Shown piece after piece: positions 24,957-35,899 of a stretch of 64,000 nucleotides of DNA; position 1 is the stretch's first letter; the number at the start of each line of letters is the position of its first letter. The stretch covers positions 93,098 through 157,097 of the forward strand of contig CAVYLN010000002.1 of NCBI GenBank assembly GCA_963769435.1, given 5' to 3'. This DNA is from an uncultured Actinomycetota bacterium (lineage in GTDB: Bacteria; Actinomycetota; Actinomycetes; S36-B12; UBA10799). The translations under genes were made by a program, and so were the position numbers. The notes beneath the pieces were generated by a model. It had not been told where the DNA came from. It searched no databases and saw only the letters and a program-made list of their open reading frames with translations.

Positions 24957-26076
24957 ATGACTGATCGTCTGCAAGCAGCTTTCCGACATCGGCGTTTCCA
25001 TCTGGCTCGACGACCTCGACCGTAGTCGGCTGACTACCGGAGGCCTCGCCCGGATGATCACCGATGACCACGTGGTGGGGGTCACCACCAACCCGTCGAT
25101 CTTCTCGAAGGCCATCTCCACGGGTGCCGCCGCCTATGCCACACAGGTGGCCAGTCTGGCCGCGGGGCAGGGCGACCGGGATTTCGCCGTGCGGGAGATG
25201 ACAACCCAGGACGTCCGGAACGCCTGCGACGTCCTTGCCGACGTGTCGGCACGCACCGACGGTGTGGACGGCCGCGTTTCGATCGAGGTCGACCCACGCC
25301 TGGCCCGCGACACCGAGGCGACCATCGCGCAGGCCAGGGCACTCTGGTCGGAGGTCGATCGTCCCAACCTGCTGATCAAGATCCCAGGGACCGTCGAAGG
25401 ACTGCCGGCTATCACCCAGGCGCTGTCCGAGGGCATCTGCGTCAACGTGACCCTCATCTTCAGTGTCGATCGCTACCGGCAGGTGCTCGATGCCTGGGCC
25501 AGCGGGCTTGAGCGGCGTCTCGAGGCCGGTCAGCCCGTCGGCGGTCTGCACTCCGTGGCGTCGTTCTTCGTGAGCCGCGTGGACACCGCGGTCGACACAC
25601 TGCTGGACAAGATCGGCACGGAACAGGCCGCGGCCTTACGGGGCAAAGCCGGCCTGGCGAACGCGCGCCTGGCCTGGGCCGCCTACCAGCAGTTCCGGGA
25701 GACCGAGCGTTGGCGCAACCTACAGGGCGCGGGCGCGCGCCCACAACGCCCGCTGTGGGCGTCCACGGGGGTCAAGGATCCCGCCTTCCCCGATGACATG
25801 TACGTCGTGGGGCTGGCGGGTCAGGGGTGCGTCAACACGATGCCCGAGCCGACACTGCGCGCGGTCGCCGAACACGGCGACATACGCGGTGACACCCTCG
25901 ATGGCCAGGGTCCAGCCAGCCAGCAGGTGTTCGACGACCTCGCGGCAGTCGGGATCGACATGGTGGACGTCTTCGAGCAACTGGAGAACGAGGGCGTCGA
26001 CAAGTTCAAGAACGCTTGGGAGGAGTTGCTGAACACCGTGGACGAGGCTCTCGACGCCGATAGGCGATCCCGATGA
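24957..26076 (+). pseudogene. tal: Transaldolase, frameshifted five codons after the start
   Basis: AAGGAGG (24946-24952) is followed by ATG at 24957, giving MTDRL. The conserved continuation KQLSDIGVSIWLDDLDRSRLTTGGLARMITDDHVVGVTTNPSIF.. is in the +1 frame. The span is 1120 nt (3n+1). Confidence 0.85.
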
Positions 26077-27611
26077 GACAGGCCGAGTACTACAGCACCA
26101 ACCCGCTGCGCAGCCCGATCGACCGCCGACTCCCGCGCGTGGCGGGTCCGTGCGCTCTGGTCATCTTCGGCGTGACCGGGGACCTGTCACGCAAGAAGTT
26201 GATGCCGGCCGTGTACGACCTGGCCAATCGGGGTCTGCTGCCGCCGAGTTTCGCACTCGTGGGGTTCGCCCGGCGCGACTACACCGGGGAGGACTTCGCC
26301 CAGGAGGTTCACGACTCGGTGCGCGAACATTCCCGCACCGAATTCCGGGAGGACGTCTGGGACCAGCTGGCGCAGGGCTTCCGCTTCGTGGCTGGCGACT
26401 TCTCCGATGACACCGCCTTCGACGCTCTGGCCGCGACGGTCACCGCGCTCGCCAACGAACAAGGCACCGGCGGCAACACCGCCTTCTACCTGTCCATCCC
26501 GCCCGGCATGTTCCCACTCGTCGTGCAACAACTCAAACGCTCCGGCCTCGCCTCCGACGACCGGGGTGGTTGGCGAAGGGTGGTCGTCGAGAAGCCGTTC
26601 GGGCACGATCTGGCAAGCGCGCAAGAACTCAACAAAGTCCTCGACGAGGTGTTTCCCAGCGGGTCCATCTTCCGCATCGACCACTATCTGGGCAAGGAGA
26701 CCGTCCAGAATCTGTTGGCGCTGCGTTTCGCGAACACGTTGTACGAGCCGATCTGGAACAGCAACTACATAGACCACGTCCAGATCACCATGGCCGAGGA
26801 CATCGGGATCGGCAGTCGGGCGGGATACTACGACGGGATCGGGGCCGCGCGGGACGTCATCCAGAACCATCTGCTGCAGCTCATGGCACTGACAGCCATG
26901 GAGGAACCGGTGTCCTTCGCCGCCGAGCACGTCCGGTTGGAGAAGGAGAAGGTCCTCGCATCGGTGGTCCTGCCCGACGATATCGACGCGCACACGGCCC
27001 GCGGCCAGTACGGGCCCGGGTGGCAGGGCGGCGAGGAGGTCATCGGCTACATGCAGGAGGCCAACATCCCGCCGACCTCCACCACCGAGACCTACGCGGC
27101 CATCACCCTGCACGTGGACACCAGGCGCTGGGCCGGCGTGCCGTTCTACCTGCGCACCGGCAAACGTCTCGGCCGCAGGGTGTCTGAGATCGCCGTCGTC
27201 TTCAAGCGCGCCCCGCATCTTCCGTTCGCCACGACGGACACCGAGGAACTCGGATCGAACACCCTGGTGATCCGTGTGCAGCCAGACGAGGGGATCACGA
27301 TGAAGTTCGGGTCCAAGGTACCTGGCACCCAGATGGAGGTCCGCGACGTCACCATGGACTTCGCCTACGGTGACTCGTTCACGGAGTCCAGTCCCGAGGC
27401 CTACGAGCGGCTGATCCTCGATGTGCTGCTCGGCGATCCACCCCTGTTCCCCCGGCACGAGGAGGTCGAGATGTCCTGGCAGATCCTGGACCCGATCCTG
27501 GCGCGCTGGGCGGCCGACGGCAAGCCGGAACAGTACGATCCCGGCACGTGGGGTCCCGCCGGTTCCGACGAGATGCTGGCCCGCGACGGCCGGGTTTGGC
27601 GGCGGCCATGA
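26073..27611 (+). CDS. zwf: Glucose-6-phosphate dehydrogenase
   Basis: Carries VIFGVTGDLSRKKL, RIDHYLGKE and ..VQPDEGI... An ATGA overlap links it to tal. Confidence 0.95.
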   Translation: MRQAEYYSTNPLRSPIDRRLPRVAGPCALVIFGVTGDLSRKKLMPAVYDLANRGLLPPSFALVGFARRDYTGEDFAQEVHDSVREHSRTEFREDVWDQLAQGFRFVAGDFSDDTAFDALAATVTALANEQGTGGNTAFYLSIPPGMFPLVVQQLKRSGLASDDRGGWRRVVVEKPFGHDLASAQELNKVLDEVFPSGSIFRIDHYLGKETVQNLLALRFANTLYEPIWNSNYIDHVQITMAEDIGIGSRAGYYDGIGAARDVIQNHLLQLMALTAMEEPVSFAAEHVRLEKEKVLASVVLPDDIDAHTARGQYGPGWQGGEEVIGYMQEANIPPTSTTETYAAITLHVDTRRWAGVPFYLRTGKRLGRRVSEIAVVFKRAPHLPFATTDTEELGSNTLVIRVQPDEGITMKFGSKVPGTQMEVRDVTMDFAYGDSFTESSPEAYERLILDVLLGDPPLFPRHEEVEMSWQILDPILARWAADGKPEQYDPGTWGPAGSDEMLARDGRVWRRP

Positions 27612-28576
27612 CCACACGACTCGAGAACACCACAGCGGGTGACATCGTCCGGACGATCAACGCCGAACGTCATCGCATCGGGGCCACCGCCACCGGCATG
27701 GTGCTGACGCTGATCATCGTCACGGACGAGGAGAACCAGTCGGATGCCACTCGGGCGGCCTCCTACTCCGCCATGGAGCATCCGTGCCGCATCATCACGC
27801 TGATACCGCGACCCGGTCGTGTCGACCCGCAACTCGACGCGAATATCGACGTCGGGGACACGATGGGCCCCGGTGAAACGGTGCGGCTACGGCTTCGAGG
27901 CGCCCTCGCCGACCACGCCGCCTCGGTCGCGCTGCCCCTGCTTCTGCCCGACACCCCTGTCGTCGTCTGGTGGCCGACGAAGGCGCCGGACGTGCCGGCC
28001 GACGATCCGGTAGGGGCACTCGCCCAGCGGCGGATCACCGACGCGGCCGCGGAACACCACCCACTGCACTCCCTGCTGATACGTCAGAAGGGTTACGTGG
28101 CCGGAGACACCGACTTGGCGTGGACGCGCACGACTGTGTGGCGATCGATGTTGGCTGCCGCCCTGGACCTGCCTTTCGGCAAGATCACTGCAGTCGACGT
28201 GCGGTGTGAGCGTTCGAACCCCTCCGGAATCCTGATGCAGGCATGGCTGCACAACTGTCTGAAGGTCCCCGTGGAACTTCATCGCAGTCAGGGGCCCGGC
28301 ATCACCGACGTCACCATCCACACCGCGGACGGACCCATCGAGTTGTCACGTCCCGACGGCCGGACCGGCCGTCTGTCGCGCCCGAACGTGAACGCCCACG
28401 ACGTTCCGCTGCCGCGGCGTGACCTGCGGGACCTGATCGGCGAGGAACTGCGGCGTCTCGATCCCGACGACACGTATGCGGAGGCCCTTGCAGCGGTGGA
28501 GTTGGAGAAACCCGCCCGGCGTCGGCGGGCCCCGAAGAAGGCCGCCGCGACCACCCCGGGCGGGACCGAGGCATGA
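27608..28576 (+). CDS. opcA: G6PD assembly protein OpcA
   Basis: Begins MTTRLENTTAGDIVRTINAERHRIGATATGMVLTLIIV and contains ..PVVVWWP... ATGA overlaps link it to both zwf and pgl. Confidence 0.85.
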   Translation: MTTRLENTTAGDIVRTINAERHRIGATATGMVLTLIIVTDEENQSDATRAASYSAMEHPCRIITLIPRPGRVDPQLDANIDVGDTMGPGETVRLRLRGALADHAASVALPLLLPDTPVVVWWPTKAPDVPADDPVGALAQRRITDAAAEHHPLHSLLIRQKGYVAGDTDLAWTRTTVWRSMLAAALDLPFGKITAVDVRCERSNPSGILMQAWLHNCLKVPVELHRSQGPGITDVTIHTADGPIELSRPDGRTGRLSRPNVNAHDVPLPRRDLRDLIGEELRRLDPDDTYAEALAAVELEKPARRRRAPKKAAATTPGGTEA

Positions 28577-29316
28577 CCGCGCTGCACATCGAGGTGTTGC
28601 CCGACGCCGACGCGGTCTCCGAGGCGGTGGCCAACCGGATGGCCGCAGCGATCGTGCGCACCCTGTCCGAGGAGGAAGTCGCGCACATATGCATAACAGG
28701 TGGCCGCGGTGGCCACGGAGCGCTTGCGAGCCTCTCCCGCGACGACGGCATCGACTGGGGCCGCGTGCACGTCTGGTGGTCCGATGAGCGCTTCGTGGCC
28801 ACCGGTGACGCGCAGCGTAACGACACCATGGCCCACGAGGCGCTGCTGGACCGTGTGGACCTGCCGGTCGGCAACATCCACGCGATGCCAGCCACGGACG
28901 ACTCTTCCGATGTGTCCGCAGGGGCGCAGGCGTACGCCGCCGAGATGGGCCAGTTCGGTGATCCTTGCCCCATCTTCTGCGTCAGCATCCTGGGCATGGG
29001 TGAGGACGGGCACGTGGCGTCACTGTTCCCGGGCCACCCGGGGCTGCGGCGTTCGGAACCCGCGTTCGCTGTCACCGACTCCCCCAAACCGCCCCCGGTG
29101 CGGATCTCCATGTCGTTCGACACGATCAACCGGGCACGGGAGGTGATCCTGATCGCGTCAGGTTCTGGGAAAGCCGATGCTGTGGGACTTCTGATCAATG
29201 ATCCCGGTCCGCTGGCCGTTCCTGCGGCAGGTGTGCGGGGCATCGACCTGACCGTGCTGGCGGTCGACGAGGCGGCCGCTGTGCACATGCCTGCCGGTCT
29301 CACTCGCCAGCACTAG
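28573..29316 (+). CDS. pgl: 6-phosphogluconolactonase
   Basis: Carries ..ICITGGRGG..VHVWWSDERFV..LGMGEDGHVASLFPG... Confidence 0.9.
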   Translation: MTALHIEVLPDADAVSEAVANRMAAAIVRTLSEEEVAHICITGGRGGHGALASLSRDDGIDWGRVHVWWSDERFVATGDAQRNDTMAHEALLDRVDLPVGNIHAMPATDDSSDVSAGAQAYAAEMGQFGDPCPIFCVSILGMGEDGHVASLFPGHPGLRRSEPAFAVTDSPKPPPVRISMSFDTINRAREVILIASGSGKADAVGLLINDPGPLAVPAAGVRGIDLTVLAVDEAAAVHMPAGLTRQH

Positions 29317-29340
29317 ACCCGCAGACCCACTTCGACCGGG

Positions 29341-29673
29341 TCAGGCCTCGGGCAGGTTCTTCATCGCTTCGTCGAGCAGTGCATCCGCCTCGCCGCCCGA
29401 ACGCCGTTCCTTCACATATGCCAGGTGCGTCTTGTACGGCTCTGCCTTGGGAGGCGCCGGCGGGTTCGCCTGATCGGTGCCCGCGGGCAACCCGCAGCGA
29501 GGACAGTCCCACTCGGTCGGAGGTGCCGCGTCCCGGGCGAAACTGGGACGGCTCTCATGGCCGTTGGAGCAGAAGAAGGAGACCTGCTTGCGGGGGGCAG
29601 CCTCGCCCCTCTCCGCCTCCCCCATGGGTCCTGCTCCGACACGACTACCACGGATCGCACTTCCACCGGCCAC
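29341..29673 (-). CDS. rbpA: RNA polymerase-binding protein RbpA
   Basis: Carries ..IRGSRVGAGPMGEAERGEAAPR..VSFFCSNGHE..WDCPRCGLPAG..KTHLAYVKERRS..., the zinc-ribbon-like core plus the sigma-interaction tail. GTG at 29673 was chosen, with GGAAGG 7 nt upstream. Confidence 0.85.
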   Translation of the reverse strand: MAGGSAIRGSRVGAGPMGEAERGEAAPRKQVSFFCSNGHESRPSFARDAAPPTEWDCPRCGLPAGTDQANPPAPPKAEPYKTHLAYVKERRSGGEADALLDEAMKNLPEA

Positions 29674-29689
29674 GAGCAAACCTTCCAGT

Positions 29690-29920
29690 TCAGGATCGGG
29701 TGATCAGTCCGAGCGCCAGGATCGTGGCCGCCCAGATCAGGCCCACCCCCACGGTCACACGGTCAAGGTTGCGCTCTGCAACGCTCGAGCCCCCCAGCGA
29801 GGTGCTGACACCGCCCCCGAACAGATCCGAGAGGCCCCCGCCCTTGCCTTTGTGCAGCAGCACCAGAGCGATCAGGAGCACGCTGGTGACCAGCAGTGTT
29901 ATTTCAAGCGCAAGAATCAC
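29690..29920 (-). CDS. secG: Preprotein translocase subunit SecG
   Basis: 76 aa: MILALEITLLVTSVLLIALVLLHKGKGGGLSDLFGGG..NLDRVTVGVGLIWAATILALG. Confidence 0.9.
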   Translation of the reverse strand: MILALEITLLVTSVLLIALVLLHKGKGGGLSDLFGGGVSTSLGGSSVAERNLDRVTVGVGLIWAATILALGLITRS

Positions 29921-29962
29921 CTGGCGTTCCCTTCTTCCGGCGCGGCAGACACCAGAGTAACC

Positions 29963-30751
29963 TCAGCCCGCCACTTGTGGGTGCAGGCGGTACCGCACAA
30001 TGGTCGCGAATTCCTCCGCGTCCAGGCTTGCACCGCCGATGAGGGCCCCATCAACATCGGGCTTGGCCATGATGCCGGCGATGTTCGTCGACTTCACTGA
30101 GCCGCCGTAAAGGATCCGCGTCTGTTCCGCGACACCTGCCCCCATGCCGTCTGCGATCCACGATCGGATGACCCCGCACACCTCTTGGGCGTCCTCCGGG
30201 GAGGCGACCTCGCCGGTCCCGATGGCCCAGACCGGTTCGTAGGCGATGACCACTGAGAGCATCTGCTCCTCGGTGAGACCGGCCAGGCTCCCCACGAGCT
30301 GCTCCGAGACGTGCTCGACATGGGCACCGGCCTGCCGGATCTCCAGGTGTTCGCCCACACACACGATCGGCGTCAACCCGTTGTCGAGCGCGGCCTTGGC
30401 CTTGGTGTTCACCACCGCGTCGGTCTCGTGGTGGTAGGTCCGCCGCTCGCTGTGCCCCACGGTGACGTAGGTGCATCCCAGCTTCGCCAGCATGTGAGCG
30501 GCCACCTCGCCGGTGTACGCACCCGCGGCGTGCTCGGAGACGTCCTGGGCCCCGTACTGGATCTTCAGTTTGTCCCCCTCGACGAGGGTCTGGACGCTGC
30601 GAAGGTCGGTGAACGGGGGCAACACCGCGGCGTCGCAGGCCGCATAGTCGTCATCCTTGAGCAGGAAGGCGATCTTCTGCACCAGCGCTATCGCCTCGAG
30701 GTGGTTCAGGTGCATCTTCCAGTTGCCCGCCATCAGCGGTTTACGGCTCAT
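29963..30751 (-). CDS. tpiA: Triose-phosphate isomerase
   Basis: Carries [39 protein letters not shown]... An ATGA overlap links it to pgk. Confidence 0.95.
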   Translation of the reverse strand: MSRKPLMAGNWKMHLNHLEAIALVQKIAFLLKDDDYAACDAAVLPPFTDLRSVQTLVEGDKLKIQYGAQDVSEHAAGAYTGEVAAHMLAKLGCTYVTVGHSERRTYHHETDAVVNTKAKAALDNGLTPIVCVGEHLEIRQAGAHVEHVSEQLVGSLAGLTEEQMLSVVIAYEPVWAIGTGEVASPEDAQEVCGVIRSWIADGMGAGVAEQTRILYGGSVKSTNIAGIMAKPDVDGALIGGASLDAEEFATIVRYRLHPQVAG

Positions 30752-31920
30752 ACGTCCTCCAGTACGGCGATCCCGGGCAGTCTCTTGCCCTCCAACAGTT
30801 CCAGGCTTGCGCCGCCACCAGTGGAGATGTGGTCGATGGCATCGGCGTCGATCCCGAGCAGACGTACCGCAGCTGCGGAGTCTCCCCCACCGACGACGGT
30901 GAACCCGTCGGTCTCGGCCAGAGCCTCCGCGACCGCTTTGGTCCCCGCGGCGAACGGCTGCAGTTCGAAGACCCCCATGGGGCCGTTCCAGACCACCGTG
31001 GCCGACTCGATGACGGCCCGAGCGTATGCAGCCGCGGTCTCGGGCCCGATATCGAGGCCCTTCCACCCATCGGGGATGCCCTCGGCCACGCGGACCACCT
31101 GCGTCGGCGAATCCGCGTCGACCTCCTCGGCGATCACCACGTCGGTCGGCAGCATCACTGTCACTCCGCGTTCACTGGCATCCCGAAGGATCTGCAGACA
31201 CGCGTCCACCCAGTCAGGCTCGAACAGGGAGTCACCGATGGGGTGTCCCTGCGCGGCCAGGAACGTGAAACACATTCCGCCCCCGATGACCAGACGATCC
31301 ACAGACTTCAAGAGGTTGTCGATGACACCGAGCTTGTCGGACACCTTGGACCCGCCCAGGACGACTGTGTACGGACGCGCGGGGTTGTCCAACACTGCCG
31401 CGAAAGAACGGATCTCCTTCTCGACGAGTCGGCCGGCCGCGTTCGGCAGCAGTCGCGCAACCTCGGTCACACTGGCCTGCCGGCGATGAAGAACACCGAA
31501 GCCGTCGCTCACGTACGCGTCCATGCCCGCAGCCAGCTCTGTTGCCAGCTGGGCCCGCTCATCGTCGTCCTTGCTGGTCTCCCGTGGGTCGAAGCGGACG
31601 TTCTCGAGCAGCACCACCCGTCCGGGAGCGCCTGGCAGGATCGCACCGGCGGGCGCGAGGTCCACCGGTACCCCCAGCAGGTCGGCCATACGGGTGGCGA
31701 CCGGGGCCAGTGACAACTCCGGCTTCACCTCCCCCTTCGGCCGGCCGAGGTGTGCCACGACGACCGGCCGGGCCCCTGCGTCGAGGAGCTCGCGCAACGT
31801 CGGCAGAGCGGCCTGGATCCGGCCGTCGTCCGTGATCTGGCCATCGGCCAGCGGGACGTTCAGATCCAGGCGCACCAGCACCGAGGCATCGTGAAGATCG
31901 AGGTCACTCAGAGTCCTCAT
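30748..31920 (-). CDS. pgk: Phosphoglycerate kinase
   Basis: Carries ..[37 protein letters not shown]... Confidence 0.95.
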   Translation of the reverse strand: MRTLSDLDLHDASVLVRLDLNVPLADGQITDDGRIQAALPTLRELLDAGARPVVVAHLGRPKGEVKPELSLAPVATRMADLLGVPVDLAPAGAILPGAPGRVVLLENVRFDPRETSKDDDERAQLATELAAGMDAYVSDGFGVLHRRQASVTEVARLLPNAAGRLVEKEIRSFAAVLDNPARPYTVVLGGSKVSDKLGVIDNLLKSVDRLVIGGGMCFTFLAAQGHPIGDSLFEPDWVDACLQILRDASERGVTVMLPTDVVIAEEVDADSPTQVVRVAEGIPDGWKGLDIGPETAAAYARAVIESATVVWNGPMGVFELQPFAAGTKAVAEALAETDGFTVVGGGDSAAAVRLLGIDADAIDHISTGGGASLELLEGKRLPGIAVLEDV

Positions 31921-31930
31921 CGCCGGGTAC

Positions 31931-32962
<1,032 letters not shown>

Positions 32963-33001
32963 TTACTCCTTCGCTGAGGTGAGCAATCCGATCCTATCGG
33001 G

Positions 33002-33982
33002 TCATACGAGTTCGTCATCAGCGGCAAGACCAACCTCGGTATCCGGGATGCCCAACTCGCGTGCCCGCCTGTCGGCGAGGCCGAGAAGGCGACGGATCCG
33101 CCCTGCGATCGCGTCCTTGGTCATGGGCGGGTTCGCCAACGCTCCCAGTTCCTCCAAGGAGGCCTGGCGGTGCTCCATCCGTAGACGTCCCGCCGCAGCC
33201 AGGTGTTCGGGCACGTCGTCCCCCAGGATCTCCAGTGCCCGTTCCACACGCTGGCTCGCGGCCACCGCGGCACGCGCCGACCGGCGCAGATTCGCATCGT
33301 CGAAGTTGGCCAGCCGGTTGGCCGTGGCCCGCACCTCGCGGCGGGTCCGGCGTTCCTCCCACACCAGCACCGAGGCGTGCGCACCCATCCGCGCCAGCAT
33401 CTGGCTGATGGCGTCGCCGTCGCGGATGACGACGCGCTCGACACCGCGGACCTCCCGGCTCTTGGCGGGGATCCCCATCCTGCGCGCGGCTCCAACGAGC
33501 GCGAGCGCCGACTCGGGCCCGGGGCAGGTCACCTCCAGGGCCGAGGAACGTCCGGGCTCCGTGAGCGATCCGTGCGCCAGGAAGGCCCCGCGCCAGGCCG
33601 CCTCCGCATCACAGATCCCGGCGGTCACCACGTGTGGGGGCAGACCTCGTACCGGCCGACCCGAACCGTCGACCATTCCCGCCTGGCGGGCGAGTTGCTC
33701 CCCGCCGGACACCACCCGGACCATGTATCGGGTCCCCTTGCGCAGGCCCCCTTTGTGCACGACCGCGAAGTCCGCCTGCTGCCCGAAGATCTCAGCAAGG
33801 TTCGTCCGCAGCCGTCGGGCCGCAGCACCGGTGTCGAACTCGGCCTCCACCACGATCTTCCCGCTCACGATGTGCAACGCTCCACCGAAACGGAGCATGG
33901 ACGAGGTCTCGGCCTTCCGGCAGCAGGGTTTGGTGATCTCGAGTTGGTTCAGCTCGTCCTTCACGGCTGCAGTCATCGCCAT
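33002..33982 (-). CDS. whiA: DNA-binding protein WhiA
   Basis: Begins [25 protein letters not shown] and carries a C-terminal HTH ..[25 protein letters not shown]... Confidence 0.9.
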   Translation of the reverse strand: MAMTAAVKDELNQLEITKPCCRKAETSSMLRFGGALHIVSGKIVVEAEFDTGAAARRLRTNLAEIFGQQADFAVVHKGGLRKGTRYMVRVVSGGEQLARQAGMVDGSGRPVRGLPPHVVTAGICDAEAAWRGAFLAHGSLTEPGRSSALEVTCPGPESALALVGAARRMGIPAKSREVRGVERVVIRDGDAISQMLARMGAHASVLVWEERRTRREVRATANRLANFDDANLRRSARAAVAASQRVERALEILGDDVPEHLAAAGRLRMEHRQASLEELGALANPPMTKDAIAGRIRRLLGLADRRARELGIPDTEVGLAADDELV

Positions 33983-34054
33983 GCGACCGATTCTCACACG
34001 CGTGGCAAGCACCCATTGCCCGAACCGGCACATCGCCCGGTCGTCGGTGCCGAA

Positions 34055-35027
34055 TCAGGCCAGAAGACGCTGGAACACCGAGGCCAGCAACAACGTGTCG
34101 TGGACCGGCCTGTGCTCGCCCCCGTCCACGACCCGGACCTCTTCCACGAACAGGTTGGCCCCGATCTGCGAGCAGGCCTGGCGCAGTTGTGCCTCGTCGG
34201 ACACCGAACTCGGGTCCACGATCACCCAATCGAGACGCACCTGCGGGAACGTGCGCGCCAGACTCTGCAGATACATCGCCGGTGTGAAGCCGGTGGTCTC
34301 CCCGAGTTGTGGGGTGACGTTGACCACCAGCACCCGCGTCGCGGTCGTCGCCACCAGTGCGTCGTGCACCTGCTTGACATACAGGTGCGGGAGCACCGAC
34401 GTGAACCAACTCCCCGGGCCGAGGACGACCATCGACGCGTCCCGAATCGCCTCCAGGACCGGCTGACAGGGGGCGGGCTCGGGAGGTTCGATCCGTAGCG
34501 AGAGCACCTCGCCGGTGGTCGTGGCGATGTCCACCTGACCCCGCAGCGTCGAGACCTCGTCCTGTCCAGCCAGACCACGCACCTCGGCGATGAGATCGAC
34601 GGGCTCACAGGCCACGGGCAACACCCGCCCCTGTGCCTCCAGCAGTGCCGCAACCCAATCCAGCCCCACGACGGGGTCCTGCGTCTCCTCCCAGAGCGCG
34701 GAGATGAGCAGGTTGCCCACTGCGTGGCCGGCCAGTTCCCCGGAACCCTCGAAGCGGTGCTGCAGGACACGCGACCAGGTCCTCCCCCACGTGTCGTCAC
34801 CGCAGAGGGCCGCCAGGGCCATCCGCAGATCGCCCGGCGGGATCAACCCCAACTCCCGGCGGATGCGCCCGGACGACCCACCGTCGTCGGAGACGCCCAC
34901 GACCGCGGTCACGGAGTCCGTGATCCGTCGCAGCGCGCGAAGACTGGCCGCCAGACCGTGCCCACCACCGAGCGCGACGACGGACGGACCGGATGTCCAG
35001 CCGGTCGTGACGGGACAAGGGACTCAT
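34055..35027 (-). pseudogene. yvcK: YvcK/CofD-family gluconeogenesis factor, frameshifted near the N-terminus
   Basis: ATG at 35027 (ATGA overlap with the rapZ stop) opens MSPLSRHDRLDI... The conserved ..GPSVVALGGGHGLAASLRALRRITDSVTAVVGVSDDGGSSGR.. is in the +1 frame, which has no start codon after its TGA. The span is 973 nt (3n+1). Confidence 0.8.
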
Positions 35028-35890
35028 TCCCGACCCAGATCGCGGTGCTGGACCACGACCTGATACCCGGCGGTCTCGAGCATGCGTGCCAGTCGTTCGA
35101 CCATCGCCACGCTGCGGTGCTTCCCTCCGGTGCAGCCCAGGCCGACCGTCACATACCGCTTGCCCTCGCGCACATAGCCGGCCGCCACGAGATCGACGAT
35201 GGCCGCGTAGTGCTCGAGCACGTCGAGCGCGCCCTCCCGGCTGAGGACGTAGTCGCTCACCTCGGCGTCCCGGCCGGTCTGATCACGCAGATCCGGCACC
35301 CAGAACGGATTCGGCAGGAATCGCACGTCCGCGACCATGTCCGCGTCGACCGGAATGCCGTACTTGAATCCGAAACTCAGCACCGACACCTGGATGGTCT
35401 CGGGGCTGGAACCCCGGTAGTTTGCGTCGATCACCCGACGGAGATCGTGCACGGACTTCGCTGAGGTGTCCACCACCATGTCCGCCCCAGCACGGAACTC
35501 CCGAAGCCTGAGGCGCTCTTCGCGCAGCGCGTCCAAGAGGGTCCCGTCCTCCTGCAGCGGATGTGGTCGGCGCGAGGATTCGAACCGTCTGACGAGCACC
35601 TCCTCGGATGCCTCGAGATAGAGGATGCCGACGTTCACGTCGGCCTCGCGCAGGGCTTGGGTCACTCCGACCAGGTTGGAGAACAGCGGGCCACCTCGCA
35701 CATCCACCACGACGGCCAGTCGCTGGATGTCGGGCCGCGGCTGCAGGAGGTCGATCGTCGACTGCAGCAGTGACGGCGGCAAGTTGTCCACGACGAACCA
35801 GCCCGCGTCCTCCAGAGCGCGCGCGGCAGTGCTGCGCCCGGCCCCGGACATGCCGGTGACGACGAGCACTTCGAACTCAGGATTGTTCAT
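35024..35890 (-). CDS. rapZ: RNase adapter / nucleotide-binding protein RapZ
   Basis: Has the Walker A VVTGMSGAGRS, then ..FGFKYGIP.. and ..CTGGKHRSV... Confidence 0.9.
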   Translation of the reverse strand: MNNPEFEVLVVTGMSGAGRSTAARALEDAGWFVVDNLPPSLLQSTIDLLQPRPDIQRLAVVVDVRGGPLFSNLVGVTQALREADVNVGILYLEASEEVLVRRFESSRRPHPLQEDGTLLDALREERLRLREFRAGADMVVDTSAKSVHDLRRVIDANYRGSSPETIQVSVLSFGFKYGIPVDADMVADVRFLPNPFWVPDLRDQTGRDAEVSDYVLSREGALDVLEHYAAIVDLVAAGYVREGKRYVTVGLGCTGGKHRSVAMVERLARMLETAGYQVVVQHRDLGRE

Positions 35891-35899
35891 GGCGGCCTC

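Noticed and set aside
26187-27617. A 476-aa ORF antisense to zwf, plus many similar 100-400-aa shadow ORFs throughout the window
   Set aside because: These are shadow ORFs opposite well-supported genes. Their composition is dominated by R/G/P/A and they carry no conserved motifs.
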